Positions 1 to 13,188 of a DNA stretch of 64,000 nucleotides are shown one piece after another (the first letter of the stretch is position 1; each line of letters starts with the position of its first letter). Source of the DNA: Octopus sinensis (lineage: Eukaryota); NCBI RefSeq assembly GCF_006345805.1, contig NC_042999.1, positions 7,502,001-7,566,000 on the forward strand. The letters are read 5' to 3'. The notes beneath the pieces were generated by a model. The model saw nothing but the letters and a program-made list of their open reading frames with translations. It ran no database searches and was not told the DNA's origin. The translations under genes and the position numbers were made by a program.

Positions 1-580
1 GTTTAAATTTGTGTTATTAAATTAAATTAATATCCAATTTTTTCACCCTCTTTTTGACTTTAATTATAAATTAATATGTTCTCAAACCGGCGTAAACTAC
101 TGCAGTGAATTACTTATACAGTATTTATTTTCGGAAATTTGGCGCTCTAGAACGAGGGCATTAGAATGTAACTGTGAATATAATCGGCCTAACTGCTCGT
201 GTCTCTGACCTCGTGTTAATATATAGCGTGCAGTTCGACAAATTATATTTTGACGTACTCCACCGATGATCTGAGGATTAATTATGTAAGTAAAATTGCA
301 TAATTTATTAACAGTGAAACAATTGTATGGGGTTAATCTATAGTTTTGTTATTTTTCATTTGTCCTGCCCGCTTACGTTCTTAGTGTGCTAAATTTTTTC
401 TTGAGTGGTTGAGTCCCTTTGTGGATCTATATCTAGCGTAAGAGCGTCCACATAGTGTATTCTCCCTCATATTTGTGTATTAATAATATTTACTGAATCT
501 CAGTCTTTTATACGCTAGGCCACTGGTGTTTAAATTGATGTTATTAAATTAATATCCAATTTTTTCACCCTCATTTTGAC

Positions 581-582
<2 letters not shown>
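1..582 (+). mobile_element. Penelope-like pseudo-LTR partial tandem (about 525-nt unit) carrying a hammerhead motif
   Basis: Bases 1-62 recur at about 528-582 (gtttaaatt...ttattaaattaatatccaattttttcaccctc...ttttgactt). A hammerhead motif lies at 257-333 and a (TA)n tract follows. Confidence 0.65.
257..333 (+). ncRNA. Type I hammerhead ribozyme motif (U4C core variant)
   Basis: Stem I actcca 257-262 / tggggt 328-333; core CCGATGA 263-269; stem II ctg/cag plus aattatg 280-286 / cataatt 299-305; GAAAC 316-320; palindromic stem III ACAATTGT; GUA triplet 325-327. Confidence 0.7.
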
Positions 583-637
<55 letters not shown>

Positions 638-638
638 G

Positions 639-685
<47 letters not shown>

Positions 686-1105
686 CTTTACTCTTTTACT
701 CTTTTACTTGTTTCAGTCATTTGACTGTGGCCATGCTGGAGCACCGCCTTTAGTCGAGCAAATCGACCCCGGGACTTATTCTTTGTAAGCCCAGTACTTA
801 TTCTATCAGTCCCTTTTGCCGAACCGCTAGCTGACGGCGACGTAAACACACCAGCATCGGTTGTCAAGTGATGTCGGGGGGACAAACACAGACACACAAA
901 CATATACACACACATACACACACATATATATAACATATATACGACGGGCTTCTTTCAGTTTCCGTCTACCAAATCCACTCACAAGGCATTGGTCGGCCCG
1001 AGGCTATAGTTGAAGACAGTTACCCAAGGTGCCACGCAGTGGGACTGCACCCGGAACCATGTTGTTGGTAAGCAAGCTACTTACCACACAGCCACTCCTG
1101 CGCCT
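686..1105 (-). mobile_element. tRNA-derived SINE, family 1 (full length)
   Basis: Reverse complement reads aggcgcaggagtggctgtgtggtaag (A box) ... gggtgcagtccc (degenerate B box), then an internal microsatellite and the tail ccagcatggccacagtcaaatgactgaaacaagtaaaagag. Near-identical copies at 20561 and 57352. Confidence 0.85.
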
Positions 1106-1181
1106 ATATATACATACATATATATATATATATATTATATATATATATATTATATATATATATATATATATAAATATGTAT

Positions 1182-1217
<36 letters not shown>

Positions 1218-2454
1218 TGACAGAGAAAGAGAGACTCGGAGAGAGAGTGAAAGAGAGATAGATAGATAGAGAAATTACATAAATTGTGTTGAAGTCAGCG
1301 CCCTTCTACTCGCGTTATCAAGAAGTGTTAGGTTTGTTAATTCTGATCTCTTTTTCCAGTCAATCTCAGCAATTGCATTCCACAGTGCAGTATTCAGTGG
1401 GAGCCCGTCGTATGGCCTCGCCATACGCATCGTGTGTTTGTTAATTGCTTCAGTTCCTTGCTGATTCTCAATGTGACAGGTGGGGCTAGATTGGGACGAA
1501 ACAGCAGCACCCAGCTTGTACGTATTAAAACTGTGTAGACTGACGTAACGTGAAATGAAATAACTTGCTCAACATCACACTGAGCTATCCTTCCGAGAAT
1601 TAAACCTCCAACCATATAATTCTGAGCAGAACTTCTAATCCCTAAGTCACGCGCCATAATACTGCTGTTTAAGTATAAATGATAATAATAATTTCTAACG
1701 CTGAAGACCGTCAGCAAGTTGGTGAAAGATATGGGAGATAAAATCTTTTGGATTCCTTCCTAATTTATCGACTTCTTGAAAAACGAAACGCAAATCTGAC
1801 CTCAGCAGGATTAGGATACTGAAGGTTAAGGGTTGTAAAAAAATATCATAATGTTTTTGTTGTTATTGTTGTTGTTCACCGTTCTGAAGCTTCGGATAAT
1901 CTTTCCTTTCCAAGATTAAGATATTAATCCCAAAACTAATTAAGCATTATCTCATCGCAACAATTTGCACATTCAACAAAAGGCCCTTTCTTCCTTTTTC
2001 TGTTTTCGTTCTTTTCTCTTCGCTTTTCTACAAACTCCATCAAAGCTGCAATCCCCACTACTTTGTATTTGTAGCACGATAACAGTTATCGGCGTTAGAC
2101 ATTCATGTATATATATAGTAGAAATATGTTACGAAAAGAAAATATAAAATACGATGAATAGCTTCGCGTAAACCATGGTCCGTTTTGTTCTCTTACTTTA
2201 TTATCATCTTATAATCATCTCATAATAATGACTTTTATGACTCGTATTACTACCGCAGTCAATCTAAATGTATATATTTCTCACTACCTGTCATAAATAG
2301 CCTTTTTTCTATCTGCAATATGCATTTTAGTTGATTTTTCATAATTTACCCTATATATGTATATATAGTTGGAATTTACAAAAACAAAAAACGAAGATAG
2401 GTGTGTAAACAACAAACAGATGTATTGGTTTAACGCTCGAGAAAGTGTGGAAGT

Positions 2455-2490
2455 CTTTTACGATTCGAGCCTACGCTCTTTAACGGAAAG
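2455..2490 (-). ncRNA. Degenerate minimal hammerhead-like motif
   Basis: Minus strand reads cttt CCGTTAA a GAGC gtag GCTC GAATC GT A aaag. Stems I and II are intact but the core is mutated. Same architecture as 29723-29757. Confidence 0.4.
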
Positions 2491-2514
2491 GAACACAAGA
2501 AAATAAACAGTGAA

Positions 2515-2835
<321 letters not shown>

Positions 2836-4125
2836 TTTCGCACACTTCAGCAATGAACGACAATTGAAACATAGAAAGCCACTGTTACGTAAGGTGAGTT
2901 TTGTTACTCGTAAAATCCTAAAACAAAATGGAGACTTTGGTAGTCTTTCACTGAATACCACATTTTCTGGAATGGTTTCTTTGCTGATTCCGTTTCATAT
3001 TTAGAGACACACAAAAACCAAATAACCACAAATGTCTGTTGACTGTGTTTTCTCATGCTGCAAGGTTTGGAATCGTCGCATGTGTAATCTAATAAAAAAT
3101 ATATACACAGACAAGAATCTAATTTGGAAAATTGCATCGCAGACAAATATAATTTTTGTTTTCTTTCTATGCGTTAATTTAACAAAATCTATATATTGTT
3201 ACACACGAATGAATTTATTGTTTTTGGAAACAATGGCCAACGTAATTTTGATGCTATGAAAGTTTATTTCATAACATAAATCATCAATTCTCTCTGTTTG
3301 TTTGGAATGGTAATTATAGAGAGAGAGAGAGAGAGAATCAAGTACATAATTTCAGCATAATTGAACTATTGTTCGAAATTACGTTTCATACAACCATCTT
3401 TGTTTTTTTCTTGTTGATATGTTTTCATGTATTCTTAGTGTTTACTTTGAGGATTCGCTGTTTAATAAATACAACTAATTTAAGTGGATGGCAGCACACA
3501 AATTGAAACTGTACATAAATATATGAGGGGAGGAGTAACGTAAATATACGAGGGGGAGGAGTAACAATTTGCCACAACCAAGACTACACATTGCCTTTGT
3601 TTTGCTCTGCTCCAAAGAATTCGACATATGTGATACACGTGCGTATGTGTGTACATTTGGGCGTCCCCCGAGCTCATTAGTTAGAACAGATTAAAGTTAC
3701 CCGGTAATGAATGTCAATGGTCAGATATTGTAATGACATCTGCTTAATGTGATCAAGCGACTGCTTATCGAAACGGTATCGTACCGCTGTTACAACAGCT
3801 AGCGCGTGCGTTTTTAGATGCTCACATACATCCACACGTGCGTGTGTGAGTTCATCCACTTTGAAGCTGTCTCTTTATTCCGTCGCAATCTCTGAGATTT
3901 TCGTGTCTTTTAATCAAAGCCAGACTATTGACATTGCTTAACCTTGGAATAAATGTGTACCATTCATCAGAACTAAATATCTCCGCTTCCATTTGTCAAT
4001 TCCAGTGTCTGAATTTACCCTGAGGGTCTGAAATTTCTAATACGGAAACATTAAATATCTGCAACGAACGGATTTCTATTGCCGCATATACTTTGCAGGT
4101 GATAAACTCCTAATTTCGCACAAGA

Positions 4126-4274
4126 GTGTATGTATGTATGTATGTATGTATGTATGTATGTATGTATGTATGTATGTATGTATGTATGTATGTATGTATA
4201 CATACATACATACATATTAGATACACACACGTATATATGTATGTATGTATATATATATATATATGTATATATGT

Positions 4275-4338
<64 letters not shown>

Positions 4339-4433
4339 GTATACATATATAAATATATAAAATATATTACAATATACAATATTATCTATATGTTTATATT
4401 TATATATACATACATATATATACACCACATATA

Positions 4434-4484
<51 letters not shown>

Positions 4485-4555
4485 ATATGTGTATATATGT
4501 ATTTATATATATAAATACATACATATAGATAATAATGTGTATATATAGGTATATA

Positions 4556-4616
<61 letters not shown>

Positions 4617-4660
4617 TTACATATATATATATACACATATATGTGTGTGTGTGTATCTAA
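4126..4660. repeat. Compound (TATG)n / (TA)n / (TG)n microsatellite
   Basis: Direct inspection. Confidence 0.95.
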
Positions 4661-4945
4661 TATGTTTGTATGCAATGTGTACGAACGTTGCCTGTCTGCT
4701 AAAGACAAAGAATGATCGCTTCCGTAGACACGATGCACGGTTCTGGCATGAGATCTGATGTGGCTTCTTGAAGCAGACGTATTTGTTAAGAGACGCCAGC
4801 ATGAAGTGTGCACCAGTCTTGGTGTAGCTTGAACTGGGTGTTGCGTCTGATCTTGATGACCCTTGAAATGTTTATTTAGACTGCCTTGATATTGGCCCAT
4901 ACTGTAGCAAATGCGACATTGTTTCATGTTGATATTTCGTAGCAT
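4660..4945 (-). CDS. Candidate C2H2 zinc-finger coding fragment (possible exon or pseudo-exon)
   Basis: Translation contains CRICYSMGQYQGSLNKHFKGH (exact C-x2-C-x12-H-x3-H with Leu at the canonical position) and a second degenerate unit, HTSCWRLLTNTSASRSHIRSH. No convincing splice sites were found. Confidence 0.35.
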
Positions 4946-5342
4946 TCTGCCGATGTCGACTTTGCCTTCCTTCCTTCCTTCCTTCCTTCCTTCCTTTTAT
5001 GTTCGAAAAAATAAATGCCCCTTGAACACTGGGGGTCGATGTAATCGAGTGCCCGTCTACCCGAATTTACTAGTTTTGTGGCAAAATTTGAAAGCAATAT
5101 TTACCTGTGATGCGAGCTGGTAGTATCTTTAGCACGTTGGGAAAAATGTGTAGTGGAATTTCGTCCATCTTTACAAAACAACTCGAAGATCCGCCGACGT
5201 ATCACTCCCCGAAATGGCGGGCCTTGTGTCAAACTTTGAAACTGATATTTACCTGCTTTAATCTGTTCTGATCAAAAGTGTTCAAATCATCCTACATATC
5301 TGAATGCCATCTCTCTCTATATATATGTATATATATACATAT

Positions 5343-5520
5343 TCTTTTATTATTTTGTTTCTTTCAGTTACTTTAATGCGGCCATGCTGGAGTACTACCT
5401 TTAGTCGAACAAATCGAACCCGAGACCTATTCTTTGTAACCCTAGTACCCTAGGTTACGGGGACGAAAACACCAACATCGGCTCCAAAGCGATGATGGGT
5501 GACAAACACAGAAACATAAA
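5343..5520 (-). mobile_element. SINE family 1, decayed 3' fragment
   Basis: gcggccatgctggag...ctttagtcgaacaaatcgaacccgagacctattctttgtaa matches the family 1 tail. Confidence 0.7.
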
Positions 5521-5534
5521 TACATACATACATG

Positions 5535-5567
<33 letters not shown>

Positions 5568-5700
5568 CCATATATATATATATATACCCCATATAAAATT
5601 AGTGTACATTTAAGGCGATCCTAAACATGCAGCCTTACACACTAGAAGGAGCGGTATATATGTGTGTGCGTATATATGTATATATGTATATACGTATGTA

Positions 5701-5731
<31 letters not shown>

Positions 5732-5927
5732 AATAATAAATATTAGGGAATAAATCCAAACTTACAGGGAAAAATCAGATTTAGGATTGAATCCAATTTT
5801 ATAGTAAAATATTATATTATATTAAATTAGAGACAAAACCACTATTAGGCAAATCATACAATGAAAAACTTAAGCCAATACATAAGATTATTTAATTTAT
5901 ATTATTTAAATATATAACAAAATTATT

Positions 5928-5980
<53 letters not shown>

Positions 5981-6485
5981 TTAATTATATATTAATTATA
6001 TATGTTTTAATTTTATTTCAATTATCCGCACCAACGCACGGTTGCAACGCCAGATGGTTGTACCTCCAACCGTGCTGTTACTGCTGTGATTTTTGCTACT
6101 AAGGTATCGGTTAAACTTTTGATTAATCTACTACAAGATTATTCATCTTTCTATTTCACATAATATATATATATATATTATATCTATATATATATTATAT
6201 ATATATATATATATATAACATATACACACATATATATACATACATATATGTACATATATATAGCGAAATTCTTTCCTAAGCCTTCGAACATTTTTCGATC
6301 AACGTACCCTTCCCTCTCTACTTGTTCCCTACCTACTATTCCGTTAACCCTTCTCTTCCTACTATCTATCTTTGACGTCAATTCTTCTAACGGTTTTTAA
6401 AAAAAAACACTCGTTATCGTTTTGCTTACCATGTAGGCAGTCATCGAAATTTTTCTTTGTCTTGTTGTCGAGAGAGGCTCCCTTT

Positions 6486-6567
6486 CTTTCCTGATGAGAA
6501 GATTGCATAATGCACCCTTTATTCCTTTGGAATGAAAGCATGTTGTCTTTGAAACATATGTCGAGAG
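6486..6567 (+). ncRNA. Type I hammerhead ribozyme with complete catalytic core
   Basis: Stem I ctttc 6486-6490 / gagag 6563-6567; CTGATGA 6491-6497; stem II gaagat 6498-6503 / gtcttt 6545-6550 enclosing hairpins tgc-ataat-gca and attcc-ttt-ggaat; GAAAC 6551-6555; palindrome ACATATGT; GUC triplet 6560-6562. Confidence 0.8.
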
Positions 6568-6750
6568 TAAAGGAATTTTCTTAACATCTTCGTTCGACTC
6601 CATTCTTTCATTTATTCATATACAACACACAAATTTCTACACATGAACCCGGAGTTTCTACCCTTGGACAGGTCGCTTCAACCGTGTTTCTGACGTAAAT
6701 TTGCTACCCAGGTTTCGGTTAAACGAATTTTCCATGCTGACGATAAACAT

Positions 6751-6864
6751 AGGGTTCAGTCCCACTGCGTGGCATCTTGGGCAAGTGTCTTCTGCTATAG
6801 CCTCGGGCCGACCAATGCCTTGTGAGTTGATTTGGTAGACGGAAACTGAAAGAAGCCTGTCGTA

Positions 6865-6908
<44 letters not shown>

Positions 6909-7112
6909 GTATATGTTTGTGAGTCTGTGTTTGTCCTCCTAGCATTGCTTGACAACCGATGCTGGTGTGTTTATGTCCCCGTCACTTAGCGGTTCGGCAA
7001 AAGAGACCGATAGAATAAGTACTGGGCTTACAAAGAATAAGTCCCAGGGTCGATTTGCTCGACTAAAGGCGGTGCTCCAGCATGGCCGCAGTCAAATGAC
7101 TGAAACAAGTAA
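6751..7112 (+). mobile_element. SINE family 1 (5'-truncated)
   Basis: Runs from gggttcagtcccactgcgtggcatcttgggcaag to the family 1 tail. Confidence 0.85.
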
Positions 7113-9030
7113 AAAAAAAAAAAAAATATATATATATACATTCAGTGGCTATAATTCAGTTTTGAGACGTGCTTTGATAGATGACTCAGTTAAACAGGTG
7201 CAGAACAGATGTGACTGTTCATCCCTTCCACACATCTGCATTCTCTTGCGCAGATAGGCAAGAATGGGCGCTGTTTGCAGCATTTGGTCAAAAAGCTTAT
7301 CACACAGGCTGACATAGCGTCTTCATTCCATTAGGGATTTTATCTTTCACTGCTTTGTTGCTCGGTTTTGACCCTTCATAAAATGCAACCCATAATAGTC
7401 GGGCTACACTACTTATCTTTAAAAAAGTCCTTGTATATATTCTGCCAGAACTTTTTTGCCGAACCGCTAACTTTGTGGGGATATAAACACAAGAACACAG
7501 CTTGTCAAGCTGTGGTTGTTGGAAACACACACACGCACGCAAGGCTTTTAGTTTCTGTTTGCCAAATCCACTCACAAGGCTTTTGGTTGGCCTAAGTCTC
7601 TAGCGGAATACAGCTTCCTAATGTGGACGCTGTAGAACCGAGGCCGAATGCATATGATTAGAATGCAAAAGTCTTACAAAGAATATGTCCTGAGGTCTAA
7701 ATGGCCAAAACAAAGAATAGGTATCAGTCCCTCCCTGTAGTGGAAAGGCCGTTATATATTCCATTCATTCATTTTTCTGACATGGCGACTATACCGACAA
7801 ACCTAGCAAAAATGCTATGTGAGGGCTGTGGGGTTCCTGCTAAATAATAGAGAAATACTACCCAGCATATTCACGCACACTCACACAACCACACGTATAT
7901 ATATATAACTTACATACACACATATATTTTCATATATAGGAGTTCACACCACCACGTATATGTATGTGTGTGTATATGTTTGTGAGTCTGTGTTTGTCCT
8001 CCTAGCATTGCTTGACAACCGATGCTGGTGTGTTTATGTCCCCGTCACTTAGCGGTTCGGCAAAAGAGACCGATAGAATAAGTACTGGGCTTACAAAGAA
8101 TAAGTCCCAGGGTCGATTTGCTCGACTAAAGGCGGTGCTCCAGCATGGCCGCAGTCAAATGACTGAAACAAGTAAAAAAAAAAAAAAAATATATATATAC
8201 ATTCAGTGGCTATAACTCAGTTTTGAGACGTGCCTTTGATAGATGACTCAGTTAAACAGGTGCAGAACAGATGTGACTGTTCATCCCTTCCACACATCTG
8301 CATTCTCTTGCGCAGATAGGGCAAGAATGGGCGCTGTTTGCAGCATTTGGTCAAAAAGCTTATCACACAGGCTGACATAGCGTCTTCATTCCATTAGGGA
8401 TTTTATCTTTCACTGCTTTGTTGCTCGGTTTTGACCCTTCATAAAATGCAACCCATAATAGTCGGGCTACACTACTTATCTTTAAAAAAGTCCTTGTATA
8501 TATTCTGCCAGAACTTTTTTGCCGAACCGCTAACTTTGTGGGGATATAAACACAAGAACACAGCTTGTCAAGCTGTGGTTGTTGGAAACACACACACGCA
8601 CGCAAGGCTTTTAGTTTCTGTTTGCCAAATCCACTCACAAGGCTTTTGGTTGGCCTAAGTCTCTAGCGGAATACAGCTTCCTAATGTGGACGCTGTAGAA
8701 CCGAGGCCGAATGCATATGATTAGAATGCAAAAGTCTTACAAAGAATATGTCCTGAGGTCTAAATGGCCAAAACAAAGAATAGGTATCAGTCCCTCCCTG
8801 TAGTGGAAAGGCCGTTATATATTCCATTCATTCATTTTTCTGACATGGCGACTATACCGACAAACCTAGCAAAAATGCTATGTGAGGGCTGTGGGGTTCC
8901 TGCTAAATAATAGAGAAATACTACCCAGCATATTCACGCACACTCACACAACCACACGTATATATATATAACTTACATACACACATATATTTTCATATAT
9001 AGGAGTTCACACCACCACGTATATGTATGT
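6895..9030. repeat. Near-identical 1063-bp tandem duplication (two copies)
   Basis: ORF pairs 6949/8012, 7300/8363 and 7368/8431 are each offset by 1063 bp. The differences seen are mostly 1-bp homopolymer indels. Confidence 0.95.
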
Positions 9031-9230
9031 GTGTGCGCGTGCGTGTATTTCACATGATAAATTTATCACACATACACACACATACACACACACACACATA
9101 CAGGCACATACATGCAAATGCATGTATGCATGTATGTTTTGTATACAAAATAGTGATCATTACACCAGCGCAAGTGTGTAGATATGTATGTATGTGTGTA
9201 TATATATATATATCTATATTTATATCTATA

Positions 9231-9269
<39 letters not shown>

Positions 9270-9272
9270 ATA

Positions 9273-9332
<60 letters not shown>

Positions 9333-9355
9333 TGTGTGTGTGTGTGTATGTGTGT

Positions 9356-9387
<32 letters not shown>

Positions 9388-9875
9388 ACAGCTATACAAG
9401 CGGGTGCGAATGCGTCTGACAGAATCCCTGATGCTATAGTGAGAGAAAAAAAAAGTCACTTACTATGTGGTTGGTGAATTTCGAAGTCCTATCCAAATGA
9501 GAGATATATTCCTCTCCAACTATTTCAATACAATATCATTCCGAGCCGAGATCAAACACTCGTATTTCATTTGGAAACAGAAATTCCCCTCCACCAACCC
9601 ACCGCCTCCACCAAACAGATCTTTTTCCTTTTTAATGTTTACCATTTCATCCCGATTCAGAACAGTAACAAAGATATATTTATTTTGCTAGCAAAGTATT
9701 TTTGATGAACAGAGGAGTGGTTCCGATATCGGTGTCAAAACACAAATATTGCTAGCATTTCATATTTCTCTCATAGACTTTCCTTTCAGTGTTCGTATTT
9801 TATTATTCTACACACACACACACACACGCACACACACACACACACATATATATATATGTGTGTATATCTGTCTAT

Positions 9876-9951
<76 letters not shown>

Positions 9952-9956
9952 TTATG

Positions 9957-10004
<48 letters not shown>

Positions 10005-10032
10005 GATATATATATATATGTATGCATATACT

Positions 10033-10064
<32 letters not shown>

Positions 10065-10220
10065 TGCACATATATATCAATGTGGGTGTAAATGTATATA
10101 TGTATATATACATATGTATATATATGTATATGTATATATTTATATATATACATATATATGTATATGCATATTTATAGATATATATGTATATATATATTCA
10201 TATATTTATATATATACATG

Positions 10221-10264
<44 letters not shown>

Positions 10265-10316
10265 TAATAATAATAATATAATAATAATAATATATATATA
10301 TATATATATATATATC

Positions 10317-10353
<37 letters not shown>

Positions 10354-10421
10354 CACACACATACACACATATAATAAAATATATTATTTTACCCTTTGCT
10401 AATACATATACATACATCTAT

Positions 10422-10453
<32 letters not shown>

Positions 10454-10560
10454 GATATATATATATAATATATATATATATTTATGTATGTATATATGTT
10501 TGTATGTATGTATGTGTGTATGTTGAGTGTGTGTGTGTATGTAAGTATGTCTATGTAGTA
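9020..10560. repeat. Compound microsatellite field: (CA)n, (TCTA)n, (TA)n, (AAT)n
   Basis: Direct inspection. Confidence 0.9.
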
Positions 10561-11262
10561 TTAGCAAAGGGTAAAATAATATATTTCATTATGTTGCTGG
10601 TGTTGTTGTTTCCACCCAAGGGATGAAATAATATCCGTCTATTTGTTTATGGCATCTACTAACGTCGACCGTCGCAATGTCTATGTTAATCTTCCAGACA
10701 AGCAAACTTGTAACATATCTCCTGGTTCTCCGCTGAAGCTGTTTCACATAGAGCGCCAATGTTCCTTGGGTAACATATGAATTTCATAACTCTGATTCAG
10801 CCATCGCTGGAAATAAATAGACTTAACCAACCATTAAGGAAGATTTCTGATGATAAAAGCACCGATGATTGACCATTAATCATCACACACCTACACACAC
10901 ACACACGCACACAAACATGTATATGTATGCGTGTGCGTTTGTGAATGTGTGTGTGTGTGTGTGTGTGTGTGTAGCTGTTTCTGTGTATAGATGTTCGTGT
11001 GTATATATATTTATATACGTATTTATTCATGTATGAAAATATATATATATATATCTACATTCCTCATCACACTTGTAAGACTTCGGCTGAGACATATGTT
11101 TAGTAAAAAAAACTATCAGGATTATGTAATGATGTGGCGAATAATTGTAATTGGGTTTCGATTCCAGTTATAGCAGTGGCTTTCAACAAGCGTCCGTATG
11201 GCCCTTGGAAGTTCATAAATGACTTTGCTGTTGAAATTTATCTGCAATAAATTGGTTATACT

Positions 11263-11655
11263 TATTTCTTTATTACCCACAAGGGGCTAAACATAGAGGG
11301 GACAAACAAGAACAGACAAAGCGATTAAGTCGATTATATCGACCCCAGTGCGTAACTGGTACTTATTTAATCGACCCCCGAAAGGATGAAAGGCAAAGTC
11401 AACCTCGGCGGAATTTGAACTCAGAACGTAGCGGCAGGCGAAATACGTATTTCTTTACTACCCACAAAGCTCTAAAGACAGAGGGGAGAAACAAGGACAG
11501 ACACACGGATTAAATCGATTGTATCGACCCCAGTGCGTAACTGGTACTTATTTAATCGACCCCGAAAGGACGAAAGGCAAAGTCGACCTCGGCGGAATTT
11601 GAACTCAGAACGTAACGCCAGACGAAATACCGCTGAGCATTTCGCCCGGCGTGCT
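11263..11655 (-). mobile_element. tRNA-like SINE family 2, two internal units, 5'-truncated
   Basis: B-box-like gagttcaaattcc in each unit. A 16-bp target site duplication ataaattggttatact lies at 11247-11262 and 11656-11671. Confidence 0.9.
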
Positions 11656-11952
11656 ATAAATTGGTTATACTGCTACGATAAACAAGTTATTTCAACATTT
11701 TTAAAATATAATTCCTTATAATATTTATTTATAAAAAATATAACCAGGATTCGGTTTTTAAACCTTCTGTGAGGGTCCACCCGTTTAAAGCGGGAGCCAA
11801 AGGGATCAATAGGCAAAACATAGTTGAGGACCTCTGCGCTATAGGAACACTGATTAGCTTCAGTTTGCTACTGTTTTTTTCAGAAGACAGGGAATCCGTA
11901 GCTACCTATTTCATAGATTAATTCTTGAACCGGAACAATATTCCAATTTGTA

Positions 11953-12486
11953 TAAGGCGGCGAGCTGGCAGAATCGTTAGCACGCCGGGCGAAATGCTTA
12001 GCGGTATTTCGTCTGCCGTTATGTTCCTAGTTCAAATTCCGTCGAGGTCGACTTAATCCGCTTGTCTGTTCTTGTTTGTCCTCTCTGTGTTTATCCCCTT
12101 GTGGGTAGTATAGAAATAGGTATTTCGTCTGCCACTACGTTCTGAGTTCAAATTCCGCCGAGGTTAACTTTACTTTTCATCCTTTCGGGATCGATTAAAT
12201 AAGTACCAGTTACGCACTGGAGTCGATATAATCGACTTAACCCGTTTGTCTTTCCTTGTTTGTCCTCTCTGTGTTTAGCCCCTTGTGGGTAGTAAAGAAA
12301 TAGGTATTTCGTCTGCCGCTACGTTCTAAGTTCAATTTCCGCCGAAGTCGACTTAGCCTTTTATCCTTTCAGGGTCGATTAAATAACTACCCGTTACGCC
12401 CTGGGGTCGATATAATCGACTTAATCCCTTGGTCTGTTCTTATTTGCCCCCTCTATGTGTAGCCACCTGTGGGCAATAAAGAAATG
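11953..12486 (+). mobile_element. SINE family 2, three internal units
   Basis: Head aaggcggcgagctggcagaatcgttagc. A 16-bp TSD aatattccaatttgta lies at 11937-11952 and 12487-12502. Confidence 0.9.
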
Positions 12487-12820
12487 AATATTCCAATTTG
12501 TAATTCACTTCCTGTTTATTCTACACCTAAATCTATAAAGAATACATAAATGTCATAAACTTTCACTTCCTCATCATGGCAAGAATATTCGAAAGAAATC
12601 GATACATTTGGTGCAAGTGACATAATCTCATATAATCAAGACTTTTCCGACAATTTCATTAAACCTTTTATCGCATCTAAAGGAATTTGATTAACTTTAT
12701 GGCCTCCTACGTCATATGTTTGTCTTTATGTAATGAAGTTCACGTTTAATTTCTATTCAGAAATCAACGTCCATAGAACTGTCCGAGTATCCCGGTGACA
12801 ATGAAAAGAAATATTTTATA

Positions 12821-13188
12821 ACTAGCAGTATCGTCCGGCGTTGCTCGGGTTTGTTTCGACCCTTTAGAATTGGAATTCTTGAAAAGTAAAAGTTTTGCAT
12901 TATGTATCTTGTTATTCTCTGTAAGTGAACATTTTTCTGCTTGAAATACACCGAAAAATGGCGACACAGCAGTCAAAATATCGTAAAAAAATAAGGGTTT
13001 TCATAGCAAAAAAGCATATTTTGATGTAAATAATTTTTGGTGTTAATATGGTCCGAAGAGCAAGCCTTCTTCTATCATACTCTCAATTTTGGTCAACTTG
13101 CGCTGCAGGGTCTCGGAGGAGATAGTCTTAGTTGAAGGCTACCAAACCTGCCATACACAGACAACTTCAGCTTTATATATATAGGGAT
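12821..13188 (+). mobile_element. Non-autonomous Helentron/DINE-1-like element
   Basis: Starts actagcagtatcgtccggcgttgctcggg (subterminal hairpin) and ends gctttatatatatagggat. Two more copies lie at 22917 and 56568. Class assigned from terminal architecture only. Confidence 0.6.

Noticed and set aside
1394-1717. 107-aa minus-strand ORF in non-repetitive sequence
   Set aside because: No recognisable motif or convincing splice signals; the length is compatible with chance.
7300-7595. Overlapping 91-aa and 75-aa ORFs repeated at 8363-8658
   Set aside because: They are a decayed SINE family 1 copy inside the tandem duplication; repetition reflects the duplication, not coding constraint.
11263-12486. 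Regularly recurring palindromic motifs (gtcgat...atcgac) that could suggest a CRISPR array
   Set aside because: They are internal units of a eukaryotic SINE; the 'spacers' are conserved, and there are no cas genes.
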